From Lama glama (Eukaryota), in contig CM052818.1 of NCBI GenBank assembly GCA_028534125.1, forward strand, positions 19,966,001 to 20,030,000: 64,000 nucleotides of DNA, given 5' to 3'. The notes below the pieces were generated by a model. That model was given only the letters and a program-made list of their open reading frames with translations. It was not told the origin of the DNA and searched no databases. A program made the translations under genes and the position numbers. Position 1 is the stretch's first letter; every line of letters begins with the position of its first letter. This document shows, in pieces, positions 35,764 through 48,773 of the stretch.

Positions 35764-37427
35764 ACATACGTGCGAATGTGCCCACAGTGGGGAAACAATT
35801 CCGGAAACTTGGTGTGCAGCCCCATTATGGAGGGCCTTGGAGTCCCCGCTCACTGCTTTGGGGAATGTTGCAAGTTGATGAGCGAGGATCACATGCAGAG
35901 GAGCCTGAGGAAGGTGCATGCGGTTGTTCGGGTGTGAGAGGGGTTGGAGAGACCAAAGTGGGGGGCCATTTAGGAGAGCCCTGTGAATTCTGGGCCGGAG
36001 AGGATGGTATGGGAGACCCAGGTGGCCTCTGGGGAGGTGGGGGAAGATGCAAAAGCCATGATGCAGGAAGGAGCGACAGGGCTTGACTGAGTTCAGGCCT
36101 CAGAGATGGGGAGGATGGCGGGACGACCGTGGGGGAAACGGGCAAGGCCATAGAGGAAAGCCAGGTGATGGGAGAGCACGCAGCTTTGAAGGTGTTCCAC
36201 CTGATTTCACTTGATTGACTAATTTGGTTTGGCCAAATACCAGCAGTCGCAGCTGAGAAGGAAGGAGACCGCCCACAGTGGACGGGGCTCCTCCTTACTC
36301 TGGGTCTTTCAGAATACACTCTCACCCTGGGCCCTGCATCCTGACTCAGCCTCTAGCCCCCGTCAGTGTAAGGAACAGGGCCTGTGGGCCTGGCTCTCTG
36401 CCTCCATCAGACCTCAGCCCGGGTAGAAAGACCCCTGGGCTTCACTTCACCAGAGCCTGGTGTCCCTCTCCCTGCAGAACCAGGATTCGGCTGTTTTTGC
36501 TGCATAGGTAGACGCTTTGCCACATTTGGCGGGCTCTCTTTTGGGAGCAGAGACCAGGACTTCTGCTTAAAAAGCGGGGAAAGAAACCACAAAAGAGGTC
36601 ACTCCCTTTCTGGAAGGGCAAAAGGCAGCAGGAGGCATTTTGTTCTCAGCTCAGGCCCTTTCAGACAGCTGCTCGTACGATGGATGGAGACGTTTATTTG
36701 CCACAGTTTTCTTGGAATCACTAATCTCTAGTAAGTGCTCAGCACCCTGCGGGAGAACACTGCTAGCATTGTGAGGTGTGCATTTTAATTCTAAGGGAGT
36801 TGCAGATGCAGGCAAGACATTGATTGAATATAGACCTGGCAGGAGAAGTCAGGTGTAAGAACCCACACGAAGGAGCTGGGTTGGGGAGGGAGGGCCCAGC
36901 TCTGCAGCTAATGAGTCCTTTCCTTCCTCCAAACCTCAGTCTTCTCACCTGTCAAGTGAGGGTGCTGGCCTGGAGGACCTCCAAATTCCTTTTGTACCCT
37001 GACATTCTACGATTTATTTTGTGTCATGGTCCCAACCTGGACCTGGGTTCTGTGGGCAGTGGTAGAGAAAAATGCACAGACTTTGCCATCTGGAAAAGGC
37101 CACCTCAAAATTGGCCAGCCCAGGCCTCTCAATAGCTCTTGAATCCATCTTGATCAGCCAAACACAATTCTGGTCTTGTGGGCCAGTGTCAGACTTCACA
37201 TTGTGCACAGTTTGGCTCCTCCCAAAAGCCAGTTATAAGAAAAGCTCGTATGACAGATGGTCAAAGACTACTTTTCAAACATTTTTAAAAGAATTAAACC
37301 CTCTTCTTCAAAGTGAATTTTATGTGGACTTGAGATAAGACAGATGAAACTCTGGTTGTTCTGGTAGAGGGGACTGAGAGCCCCCAGGCTCCTCCTGGAA
37401 CCCAAAGGCTCCAAGGAACACAGGTTT

Positions 37428-38857
37428 TTGTTGTTGTTTTTGTATGTTGGTTTGTTTTTATATACTTTTATTGAAGTATTATTGAAGTCAGTTTACAATG
37501 TTGTGTCAATTTCTGGTGTATAGCACAATGCTTCGGTCATATTGGAAGGTACATATATTTGCTTACATATTCTTTTTCACCATAAGTTACTACAAGATAT
37601 TGAATATAGTCCCCTGTGCTATACAGTATAAACTTGTTTATCTATTTTATGTATATTAATATCTGAAAATCTCGAACTCTGAATTTATCCCTTCCCAGCC
37701 CCTTCCCCCACACCCTGTAACCGTTAAGTTTGTTTTCTATGTCTGTGAGTTTATTTCTGTTTTGTAAAAAAGTTCATTTGTCTTTTTTAGATTCCGCACA
37801 TAAGTGGTGGTATCATATGGTATTTTTTTTCTCTTTCTGGCTTACTTCACTTAGAATGATGATCTCCGGGTCCATCCATGTTGCTGCAAATGACATTATT
37901 TTAGTCTTTTTTATGGCAGAGTAGTATTCCATTGTATAAATATACCACGGTTTCTTTATCCAGTCATCTGTTGATGGGCATTTAGGTTGCTTCCATGTCT
38001 TGGCTATTGTAAATTGTGCTGCTATGAAGGTGCAGGTGTCTTTCTGAATTAACATTCCCTCTGGGTATATGCCCAGGAGTGGGATGGCTGGATCATATGG
38101 TGAGTCTATTTTTAGTCTTTTGAGGAATGTCCATACTGTTTTCCATAATGGCTGCACCAAACTACATTCCCACCAGCAGTGTAGGGGGGTTCCTTTTTCT
38201 CCACACCCCCTCCAGCATGTATTGTTTGTGGACTTTTGAATGATGGCCATTCTGACCAGTGTTAGGTGATACCTCGTTGTAGTTTTGATCTGTATTTCTT
38301 TGCTAATTAGTGATATTGAGCATTTTTTCATGTACCTATTGGCCATTTGTATGTCTTCACTGGAGAATTGCTTGTTTAGGTCCTCTGCCCATTTTTGGAT
38401 TGGGTTATTTGCTTTTTTCTTATTAAGTTGTATGAGCTGGAAAATAAGCCTTTGTCAGTTGCATCATTTGCAAATATTTTCTCCCAGTCTGTAGATTGTC
38501 TTTTTGTTTTGCTTATGGTTTCCTTTGCTGTGCAAAACCTTGTAAGTTTGATTAGATCCCGTTTGTTTATTTTTGTTTTTATTTCTATTGCCTTGGTAGA
38601 CTGCCCTAGGAGAACATTGCTGAGATTTATGTCAGAGAACGTTTTGCCTATCTTTTCTTCTAGGAGATTTGTAGTGTCTTGTCTTATGTTTAAGTCTTTA
38701 AAACATTTTGAGTTTATTCTTGTGTATGGTGTGAAGGAGTATTCCAACTTCATCAATTTACATGCAACTGTCCAGTTTTCCCAACACCATTTGCTGAAAA
38801 GACTGTCTTTACTCCATTGTATGTTTTTACCTCCTTTGTCAAAGATTAATTGACCAA
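37428..38857 (-). mobile_element. Young lineage-specific L1, 5'-truncated (about 1.4 kb; ORF2 C-terminus plus 3'UTR)
   Basis: ORFs 37813-38346 and 38376-38867 give L1 ORF2 peptides ([37 protein letters not shown]). Approximate TSD caagga(a/g)cacag(g)ttt at 37412-37427 and 38858-38872. Confidence 0.95.
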
Positions 38858-39249
38858 CAAGGAGCACAGTTTGAAAGTGACCAACCTAAGGATCAGACAG
38901 TCTAATGACAGCTCTCGGGACAAGTGAGTTCCCTGCTTCCATGTCTATATTTTGCCTTTGCGTTTTAGCAAAAGTGACTTAAGAATCAGTGCATGAATGC
39001 CTCTTGTGTATCTGCTGTGAAACTTTCGTTAAAGACACTGTACGTCACATCACAGCATCCTCAATGGAATGCCCCCATGTAAGAAATTTCTTTCAGCAGT
39101 TCATTTTAGGAAAAACTTTCCCTAGGAACCAAGATGTCCTTCAGCTTTTGTTCTAAAACAAGCAACCAACCAACAAGCAAACACTGTGTCTCCCTGAGAG
39201 GAACTTTTCCGTAATAAGATGTGTGTGTCCCTCAGTGCAACCCCTCCTT

Positions 39250-39855
39250 GTGTGGGGTGTGGGGTGCCATGGGTTGGCACTTGATATCCGTTTCAGACTC
39301 CTATGTGTTTTCCTGTGCCTCACAGTCTGGAAAGCTAAAAGCATCATTTCCCAGAGTCCCTTGCTCCTTGGCTTCTGGATTTAAATTAACTTCCACCACT
39401 AGATGCACTAACACAGTATCTGGAGGTGGAAATGAGGGAGATCATCTGCATGCTGTCCTAGGTCTTGAGACCAGCACGATTCGGGGTGTGGATGTTTCTG
39501 CAGTGGTGACTCCATGTCTAGTTGCTAGCTCCTTGGGTGTCATGGCACAGCGGTGGGGTGGCAGTGCCTCCCACATTTTGAATCTGGGGTCGTGGCAGTG
39601 TGCTCTTGATTTCAGTGATTCTGTGTGTTGAGATTTGTTCTCTGCTGTCCTGATGATGGCAGAAGTGGTAACTCCCCTGGTGAGCAAGTTAGGTGGCAGG
39701 TTCTGATTGCCATTTTTGATGGCCCAACCTAGGGCCGCCTTCTCCTACTCTTTCCACAACCCATTCTGTAAGCACTGAATTCCCTATGTTACAGCACTTT
39801 TGCTTAATAAGCAACATTGGATTCTATTTCTCATACTTGAACCCTGACTAATGCT
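39250..39855 (+). mobile_element. ERVL LTR33-like LTR
   Basis: catttcccagagtcccttgct...attccctatgtta...ttgaaccctgactaat. Confidence 0.55.
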
Positions 39856-40059
39856 CCACAGTTACCAAGATGCTTAGATCCAAGTCATGTTGCTTTTTGT
39901 TACAGCATGAAGAATCTTTGAGCCTCAATTTCCATATCTGTAGCTCCATGGTAGTAGTAATCTCATTATATTGTATTGTAATCGTTGCCTTGTATCTCTC
40001 ACTGTTGGTTCCTGTCTCCCTCTATGGCTAACATCTGTCTGAGGTTTTACAGGGAGGTC

Positions 40060-43000
40060 AACAGGGAGCGTTTAGTATAATTATAAGACCACAGGGTCAT
40101 TGCTATGGTGGAGGCATGTACAAAATGTGGCCAGAGAATGGGGGGAGTGCTCTGGGTTGCTTGGGGAATTGGACAAGGCTTTAGAAGGATGTGGCACCTA
40201 AGCTTTGAAGAACAAGATATCTAAAGGGAGAGAGGCAGGGGCAGGACTTCACCAGCAGAGGGAAACGCATGTGCAAAGGCTTGGAGGCATGAGCAGGCAT
40301 GCACGTTCAGGGCAGACTGCAAGTGTGAGTTCAGGACAGAGTGGCCCGTGGGAGGGCAGGGCAGTGGCTGGAGAGGAGGCAGACATGTTAGGGCCCAGGA
40401 TCCCTACCTGTAGGGAGTTGAGATTTTCCCACATAGATGGCTGAGGGGCAGGGAAGCAACCTGAGTAACCACACTGACCACCTGGAGGAAGGGCTGGAGA
40501 GACTGGAAGGTGAGATTAGACAGAGACGGTGAGCAGCCTGTGATGGCAGTTCAAATAAGATGATTAGAGGTGGGGTTGGAAACAAGGGTACTGGAGATTG
40601 AGCAGATGTGGAAGGTGAGAGAGAGTTGGAGTGATTTAGGATGGGCCCCAGGTTTCTGGTTTGGACAATTGGATGAGTGGTATTCACAGAGAAAGGGAAC
40701 TTGGGAAGAGGTTTGGACACATTGAATTTCATGTTATTTGCTAACCAGCCAATTACACTGGCCAGAAGCATGAGAGAGGTCTGTCTGAAGGTGTATATTT
40801 TAGATCAGTCAGTGTTCAGGTGGCCGTTGAAACCTTGAGTGGATACCTTGCTTAGGGACTACATGAAGACTAGGGAGGAGGGAAGACTGAGGATAGAGCT
40901 GGGAGGACCATAGCTATTTAAAGGAAGAGAAACCTGTAAACAGGCTGGTAGGAGCAGCAAGAGATGTAGAAGAAAAATTAAAGGAGAGAGGTTCAAGGGA
41001 GAGGCACTGGTCCACGGTGTCAGAATTGCAGGAATGTCCAAAAAGCTGAGGACTGGAAAGTTTCCTTTGGATCACTGGTGACCTTGGTAATTTGATTCAC
41101 TTTCAACAAATATATATTTAAGGCCTACTATATGCCAGGCACAGTAATTAGAATTTGAAGTATATCAGTGGATAATTCCATCTTAGTGAGGAGAGACAGC
41201 TAATAAAGTACAAACATAACAAGTGTAGTTACAGCATGCTAGGTGCTAAGTGCTATAAATAAAACAGTCAAACATATTAAACAGAAAATCAGAAATGCTG
41301 GGCAGGGGTTGCAATTTTAAATCTGGTGGTCAGAAAGTTACATGTGAGAAGAGACTTGAACGTGGTGAGAAGCTGACCCTGTGAATATCTGGGGAAAAGC
41401 ATTTCAGGCAAAAGGGATGGCCAGTGAAAGGGCCTCAAGGTGGAATGTGCCAGGCATGCTCCAGGAATAGCAAGGAAGCCAGTGTGGCTAGAGGCGAGGG
41501 AGGGAAGGAGAATAGTAGGAGATAACATCAAGGAGGTAAGGAGGGGAGCGGAAGCACTGGAAGGGCTTTGACTTTGGGTAGCAACTCGACTGTTTTGAGC
41601 CAAGGAATGGCATGATATAACGTATGCTTTAAAAAGATTATTCTGGCTACTGCATTGGTGGTAGACTTTAGGAGGGGAGGGGAGCAGTAGAGACACCTGC
41701 TTAGTAGTAATCCAGGCAAGAGGCGATGATATTTTGAGTCAGGATGGTGGTGCTGGAGGTGGTCAGACAACAGAATTCCTGATGGATTGGGCTATGGAGT
41801 ATGAGAGAAAGAAAAGGATTGTTTTGAATTTCCATCCATTCCATGGAATTCATGGATTCCATGAATCTAGTTTGTGAGAAACTGGAAGGATAGCATTACC
41901 TTCAACTAAGTTGGTCAGGTCTGTGGGTGAAGAAGGTTTGGGTTCAGAGATCAGAAGTTTAGTTTTGGACACACTGAGTTTGAGCTGTCCATGAGACATC
42001 GGAATGTAGAGGTTGATTAGGCATTTTCAGTGGCATGCCAGATTGTCCATTTTGGGGAGTGGACTGGAGGTAGACTAAACTATAGATACATGTCCTAGAA
42101 GCTTGGCTTTGGAGGAAAGCTTGTACTGTATGGTGGAAGTGAGGGGAGAGATGGGTTGAAAGAGAATATTTTTAAAAAGAAGAAGCATAAGCTTGTTTAT
42201 AGGAAGAAGTAAAGAATCCAGTAGGAATCCTTGGTTGATGATTGACAGAAAAGGAGAAACTGTTGCTGATGGAGCTAAGTCCTTTAGGAAGCCAGTGACA
42301 ATGGATACAGCTGAACATCCAGAATGTCTTTTCTTCTGAGGAAGGGTAATGCTAAAGGCAGATGTAGGTAGATTTCTAGGTAGTGGCGATGGAGGGGCAG
42401 GAAGTTGAGAGATTTTAATTTGTATTTCTCTAAAATAAGAGTTAGGGTCAACTAAGAGAAGAAGGAGTTGCGCTGGGAACTTGAGGGAAAATCATGGAAG
42501 TTAGAAACTTGAGGGGAGTGGGAGAGCCGTGGAGGATCTGCTGAAAGTGATGAGGCTGTAGTGGATGCTGCGAATTTGTGGGGTGCCATTCTTCATTGTA
42601 GTGAGATTTTTTTCTCCAGCAGTCCTAAAATAACCCTGGTACAGAAGGTGGATATTTCAATTAATCCAGGTTTAGGAGTGTATGGGGGGATGTGATACAA
42701 AGACAAGCAGAGCTGAGATGGTTGACAAGAGAATAATGGAAGTGAAACTCTGTAGGGTCTTGGCTAGATGGGGAAGGAAGTGACATTGGGAGATGCTGAC
42801 AGATATGGAGAACCAGGTAGAGTCAGGATGAGGTCAGAGTAGGTGTACTGGGAGGACTGAGTGAGAGCTGGAGGGATCGGAGGTTGTGATCTGAGAGTGG
42901 AGTATTAAGACTATAAGGATGAAGCGGTTCTGGGTGGTTGTAGTATAGGAGATGGGACCAAGGGGATGTGCAGCTCAATAGGGAAAGGAGGTGAAGGTCC

Positions 43001-43230
43001 CTGAAGCTCAAAAGGTTAAGGACCTGGAGACTGGGATGTTAGGTATCATTTATGTGGATGAGAAATTCCCCTGAGGTGATGCGGGGAGTTGGGGTAAAAA
43101 GGAAGTCTGCATCTGGGTGATAAACTCCTCAATCTAAGCTGGGGAGAATTCAGGCAGTTTCTAATGAATCATGATAATGAGGAGTCAGGGACAATGTGAT
43201 GGTTGGTTTAGCCACCAAGGAGGGAGGAGA
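40060..43230 (-). mobile_element. Long degraded LINE-2 tract, with a second L2 3' end nested at about 41090-42030
   Basis: Purine-rich plus strand with L2 antisense phrases. A new L2 tail ttcaacaaatatatatttaaggcctactatatgccaggcac begins near 41095. Confidence 0.75.
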
Positions 43231-45054
43231 TTTTGCCCAAAAGCTGAAGAGGAATGGCCTGATAAGTTCCTTCCTCATTCTGAGATTCCTCTGCATATTT
43301 TTTGCACCTCTGTGACTACCTGTACTTCATTTGGCTTCCTTCTATGACTGACCCTTTTCAGTTTCTTTCTTTTAAAATAGTGTTAGGTTGTTGAGGACAG
43401 GGATCATGTATTCTCATATTGGAGGTACTTGTTAAATGTTGATTTAAAAATGGAAAATTGGCCAGATTGTGACTTGGGTGGGGTATGTTACCTGAAACAA
43501 AATGTGTGAGGGCTTCGTCTTTCCTCCATCAATGTGTGTTTTCAACGTGAACATCCCACCCTCTAAATTCAAGGTCAGGATGGCTGGCCTGAATGAAAGA
43601 TAAAAGACATGTGAGATTCCCATATGTGTCACCTCCCAGGACCTCAGGTTTGGAAGTGTCTCTGAAACCTGAGTGTGCCCAGGCTCCTGGTGACCTGACA
43701 ACTGATGGGGAAACACAAGGAACTGGAAAATGTGCCAAGCCCAGAAGTGGCTGCTGGAAACCGAAGACTATTCCAGAAGATCAGTTGTACAATGAACAGC
43801 AAACTGCACTCAAAGGCAAATATTTAATTTGAGGTGGAGTTTTATTTTCCTTATGTCAGAATAATACAGACTTTGGCTCAAAACCTCTGGGACTAATGAC
43901 AAAAAAATGAAATTAAGTGTAATTATATGCCACTCAAAGACTCCTGGGAAACCATTCAGATATGCAAGTGTCCTTTGTGAAAGGTGGTGTGAGTTCCTCC
44001 TGATTGAGAAAGGCAAGCAGAAGAGGGGGTGGGTTGAGTGGAGGTAATCTCATTTGATAAACTCAATTACCACTTCTCGGCAACTGTAATGGGTTCTGCT
44101 CAAACAATGGAAAAATGATTATGTGTTCTTCCCCTTTGATCCAAGTGAATAAAAGAAGAAATAACGAAGTTTTTAGAACCTGGAAACTTCAAGACAAGAC
44201 CAGATCCTAAATTATGGAAGATACTTTGAGATGCATTAATACACATGGTACTGACCCATTTAGCTCACTGGTGGTTAGCAGATATTTGAATGCCATGGAC
44301 AGAGGGAAGTTGGTAGACCCCTGAAGGCAGGTACCATGTTTAACACTCTTTAATACTCTTCTGCACACAGAACACAGCACAGGCATTGGCTATAGTCCAT
44401 TTAGGGAATGCTCTGTCTTTCTGATTTTTTATGATGCAGTTGGCTACCTCATTTTCTCTTCAGGGTGATTGTAAAAGGTAGCTTTATTTAACACCATGAT
44501 TCTGTGTTAGCCCTTAGAGACTTTGATCTGTAAGAATTAGCAAACAAAACCATAGTTTTAGCCAAAAACTAGTTGTGAGTTGAATTGGATTAACAATATT
44601 CTTCACATAGCACTCTGCCTGCTAACAAATGCTCTGCCTCCCCAGTTTTTCACCCCTATCTTTGTCCTAACCTTCAGACCTACATGGCCAGCAGTTTACT
44701 GACTGTTCATTCCACTTCAGGCTCAGTCCTTCCCTTCTCTCCATCTTGGCCCTCTGTCATCCTCCCCAGTTCCCCTGCCCAACTCTTTGCAGTAACCTAT
44801 GGTCACCTCTCTTTCTCATCTAGTGCAATTGTTACCTCCCAAGTATCCCTCTCCCAGCTTTCCTCTAAATCTCTCCTCTTTCCTCCAACTCCAGCAATAC
44901 AGTTCTAGCTCATGTACGTGTTACCCATCACTTGGATGGGGGCAGCCATTTCCCCGCTGGTCTTCCTGACTCTGTCTTCTCGCTGACCCATCCTCTGTGT
45001 TGTTGCTGGAATACTCTTTGAAACAAAGGCAAACAAAAAACCTAAGGGATCATA

Positions 45055-45275
45055 TTGCACATGGCATAGTGGTTGAAGGCACAGACTCTGGATTAAGGGG
45101 GCTGAATTTGAACCCCAGCTCTACCGAATCCTGGCTGTGGACCTCAGTTGCTTCACTGGTGAAATTAGAGCTAAAAATAAGCTGTGCATCAGAGGGTTAT
45201 TGTGACAATTCAGTGAGCAAATCAATAAAGAACAGTGCCTGGTACAAAGTTAGCTTTCGATAAGGGTTAGCTATC
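45055..45275 (+). mobile_element. MIR SINE
   Basis: ggcatagtggttgaaggcacagactctgga...tttgaaccccagctctacc...agaacagtgcctggtaca. Confidence 0.75.
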
Positions 45276-45678
45276 TTTAGCCTTATGAAAACCCTTCAGT
45301 GACTGCCCACAGCTCACAGCAGTAGTTTTCACATTGTGCTTTAGGAGGGCTAGGGTTTGTGGTATCAGTGTGAGTTTTTTGGTATTCTGGGGGAAGAAGG
45401 GAGCATTGAAACACACAAGATTATTCAGGGTCTACTTTTGTTTTACAATTTATATTTACATTTTAGGTAGAAAACTCTAGTTTTCCTTTGGGCTTTTAAG
45501 TTTAAGCTGTAAATTTCATAATTATATTTGTCAGTCTAGTAAATACTTAGAATCATGTAGAAGGGGGCCCATTATAATTTCTTCTAATATATTCAAACTG
45601 ACTTTAAAGTTCAACTTCTGTTTTTAAGTGCTACAGCTGTCCAATTAATCAACACTATCTTCTGAAGTCATTATATAA

Positions 45679-46478
45679 TTTTTATTTATTTTTTATGTAT
45701 ATATATTTATTGAAATATAGTCAGTTTACAATGTTGTGTCAATTTCTGGTATACAGCATAATGCTTCAGTCATACACGAACATACATATATTCATTTTCA
45801 TATTCTTTTTCACCATAAGTTACTATAAGATATTGAATATAGTTCCCTGTGCTATACAGTATAAACTCATTGTTTATTTTATATATATTAGTGTCTGCAA
45901 ATCTAGAACTCCCAGTTTATCCCTTCCCAATCCTCCCCTCTGCCCCTATAATCATAAGTTTGTTTTCTATGTCTGTGAGCCTATTTCTGTTTTGTAAATT
46001 AGTTCATTTGTCTTTTTTTTTCTTTTTAGATTCCACATATAAATGATATCACATGGTATTTTTCTTTCTCTTTCTGGCTTCACTTAGAATGACATTCTCC
46101 AGGTCCATCCATGTTGCTGCAAATGGCATTATTTTATTCTTTTTTATGGCTGAGTAGTATTCCATTGTATAAATATACCACAGCTTCTTTATCCAGTCAT
46201 CTGTTGATGGATATTTAGGTTGTTTCCATGTCTTGGCTATTGTAAATAGTGCTGCTGTGAACATTGGGGTGCATGTATCTTTTTGAATTAAGATTCCCTT
46301 TGGATATATGCCCAGGAGTGGGACTGCTAGATTATATGGTAAATCTATTTTTAGTCTTTTGAGGAATTTCCATACTGTTTTCCATAATGGCTGCACCAAA
46401 CTACATTCCCACCAGCAGTGTAGGAGGGTTCCCTTTTCTCTACACTCTCTCCAGCATTTATCATTTGTGGACTTTTGA
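45679..46478 (-). mobile_element. Young L1, 5'-truncated (about 0.8 kb)
   Basis: ORF 46049-46525 encodes the L1 ORF2 C-terminus ([21 protein letters not shown]...MPFAATWMDLE). 3'UTR nearly identical to the 37.4 kb copy. Confidence 0.95.
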
Positions 46479-47269
46479 TAATCCCTGGAATTCTTTATAA
46501 ACCTAATGCATCTTAGGATTTTCAACTTAAAATCATAAGTCTAAAAGTGATACACATTATAAATTAGAATCATAAGTCTACTTTGTTAGATACTCTAATA
46601 TGTAAATTCTCTTAAACATCATATGGACTTGAATACTAGACTTACCCAGATTGTTCCTAAATTTAACATCTTTTAGTGTAGAGTTGACCTATCTAATCAT
46701 TTCTGTACTTAATTTTAAATCTCCTACTGTTAGAAAGTCACTTATCCAGTAGGATAACAACTGTGTTATTTCAGTTTGAGTGACTTGGTGCTGCTGACAC
46801 AAGTTTCTCATTGATCAGAGAAAGCCCTAGCAAGGCTATAGGACTTGATTCTTGCTCATGACACCGGAATGGGGCTCCGGTCCCTGACCTTCAAATAGGC
46901 ACTGCAAGTCCATCGCTCTATATTCAGTATCAAGTTACACGTTGCCTAATTTTTGTGACAGTTTATTACTTTGCCAAGATTACAACCGACTCTGCCACTA
47001 CTTCAGTTAAAGTTTGCATTTCTTTGAGTTAAGGTGTTTGGATGTATTTTTCTTCCGGCTCTTTACACCCTCACAAAATAATTTTATCATTTCTTTGAAT
47101 TTTACCATCTGATTTAGGAGCAGATAAACCTCCTTATCCCCTATATTTTTCACTCTGGAGTGTACCACTGTAGCAGATATTAAAATGGCACATCTACAGT
47201 CCTGGCTTCCACTTCTGCCCAAAGTAGGAAAACAGGAGCTAGATTGACCCCCTGCCTGAAACACCTTAA

Positions 47270-47302
47270 ACACACACACACACATACACACACACACACA
47301 CA
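47270..47302. repeat. Imperfect (CA)n microsatellite
   Basis: acacacacacacacatacacacacacacacac. Confidence 0.9.
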
Positions 47303-47324
47303 CCTCAAAACCCAGACAAAACAC

Positions 47325-48260
47325 ATGAAACTGTAGCTTTCAAAACTTTGGATATCAAGCAACAAAGAACAGTAACTCCTAAAAAGACAAAAAATAAGCG
47401 AGCCCTGTAATTTCCCCAGCTTACTGCCTGGAGGAAAACATTTCAGGCTGTGCATTAGGGAAGGGGAACCCGGAAACTGTCCACCAGGCTTCTTGAGTTA
47501 AGGAAATGGAACTGGAGTCTGGGGGAAACCAAGATGGCTAGACTTCGTAGAGTTAAAAATAGGAGAGGCGATAACTACATACAGAGTGAATTCTGGAGAT
47601 GTACAGAGGGCCCTCCTCAAGTGTTCTGTTGAGTACTGATCGGTGCATGCATGTGAGGAAACTACCGGAGGCCTGGGCAAGAAACACCCGGAAGGATTAG
47701 AGGGCACAGTCACCAGAGATCACAAGTAGTTGAGAATGGTGCTTAGGCCCACTAGCCAGGCGAGAAACCTCACAACTTCCAGTGTAGTGCTTACCGTAAT
47801 TAAGAAGGGTTTTTCCTTGGTCATAGGGAAAATGAACCCTAGACAAAATGCTGTTCTAGTGCATGAAAGAAAGGCCTGAATGAATCATTGTTTCCAGATA
47901 ACTGCATCTCAGAACAAAGCTTGAAAATATTCATAGGAATACAAAAGTATTCACCCAACAAGATAAAAATCACAATATCTGTCATCCAAACAAAAATTCC
48001 CCAGCATGGAAAGAAACAAAGATGTAACTCAGGAGAAAGGAGAAAGAGCAATCAATTGAAACTGACCAAAAAATGACATAGATGATAGAATTAGTAAACA
48101 GAAATTAAGACAATTATTGTAACTACATCCCATACATTAAAAAGCTAGAGAAAAGACTGAACATATTAAGTGGAGATACGGAAGAGAGATTAAAAAGACA
48201 TAGAACTACTAGAGGTAAAAACTATGTCTAAGATGAAAAATATACATTGTATAAATATAC
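47325..48260 (+). mobile_element. Old L1M 5'/ORF1 region, left part of a nested structure
   Basis: A-rich plus strand; aatcaattgaaactgacc...gacatagatgatagaattagta is typical of old L1 ORF1. Confidence 0.6.
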
Positions 48261-48266
48261 TACAAC

Positions 48267-48739
48267 TTTTTTTAAGTTGAAGTACAGACAATTATAATGT
48301 GTCAATTTCTGGTGTACAGCACAATGTCCCAGTCATACATATGCATATGTATATTTGTTTTCATATTCTTTTTCATTAAATGTTATTACAAGATATTGAA
48401 CATAGTTCCCTGTGCTATATTGAAGAAACTTTTTTTTAAATCTATTTTTATATATAGTGGCTAACATTTGTAAACCTCAAACTCCCAAATTTATCCCTTC
48501 CCACCCCTTTTCCCTGTAACCATAAGATTGTTTACTATGTCTGCAAGTCTGTTTCTGTTTTGTAGATGAGCTCATAGTGTTCTTTTTTTTTGATTCCACA
48601 TATGAGTGATATCATGTGGTATTTTTCTCTTTCTGGCTTACTTCACTTAGAATGACAATCTCCACATCCGTCCATGTTGCTGCAAATGGAATTATTTTTG
48701 TTATTTTTCATGGCTGAATAGTATTCCACTGTGTATGTA

Positions 48740-48773
<34 letters not shown>

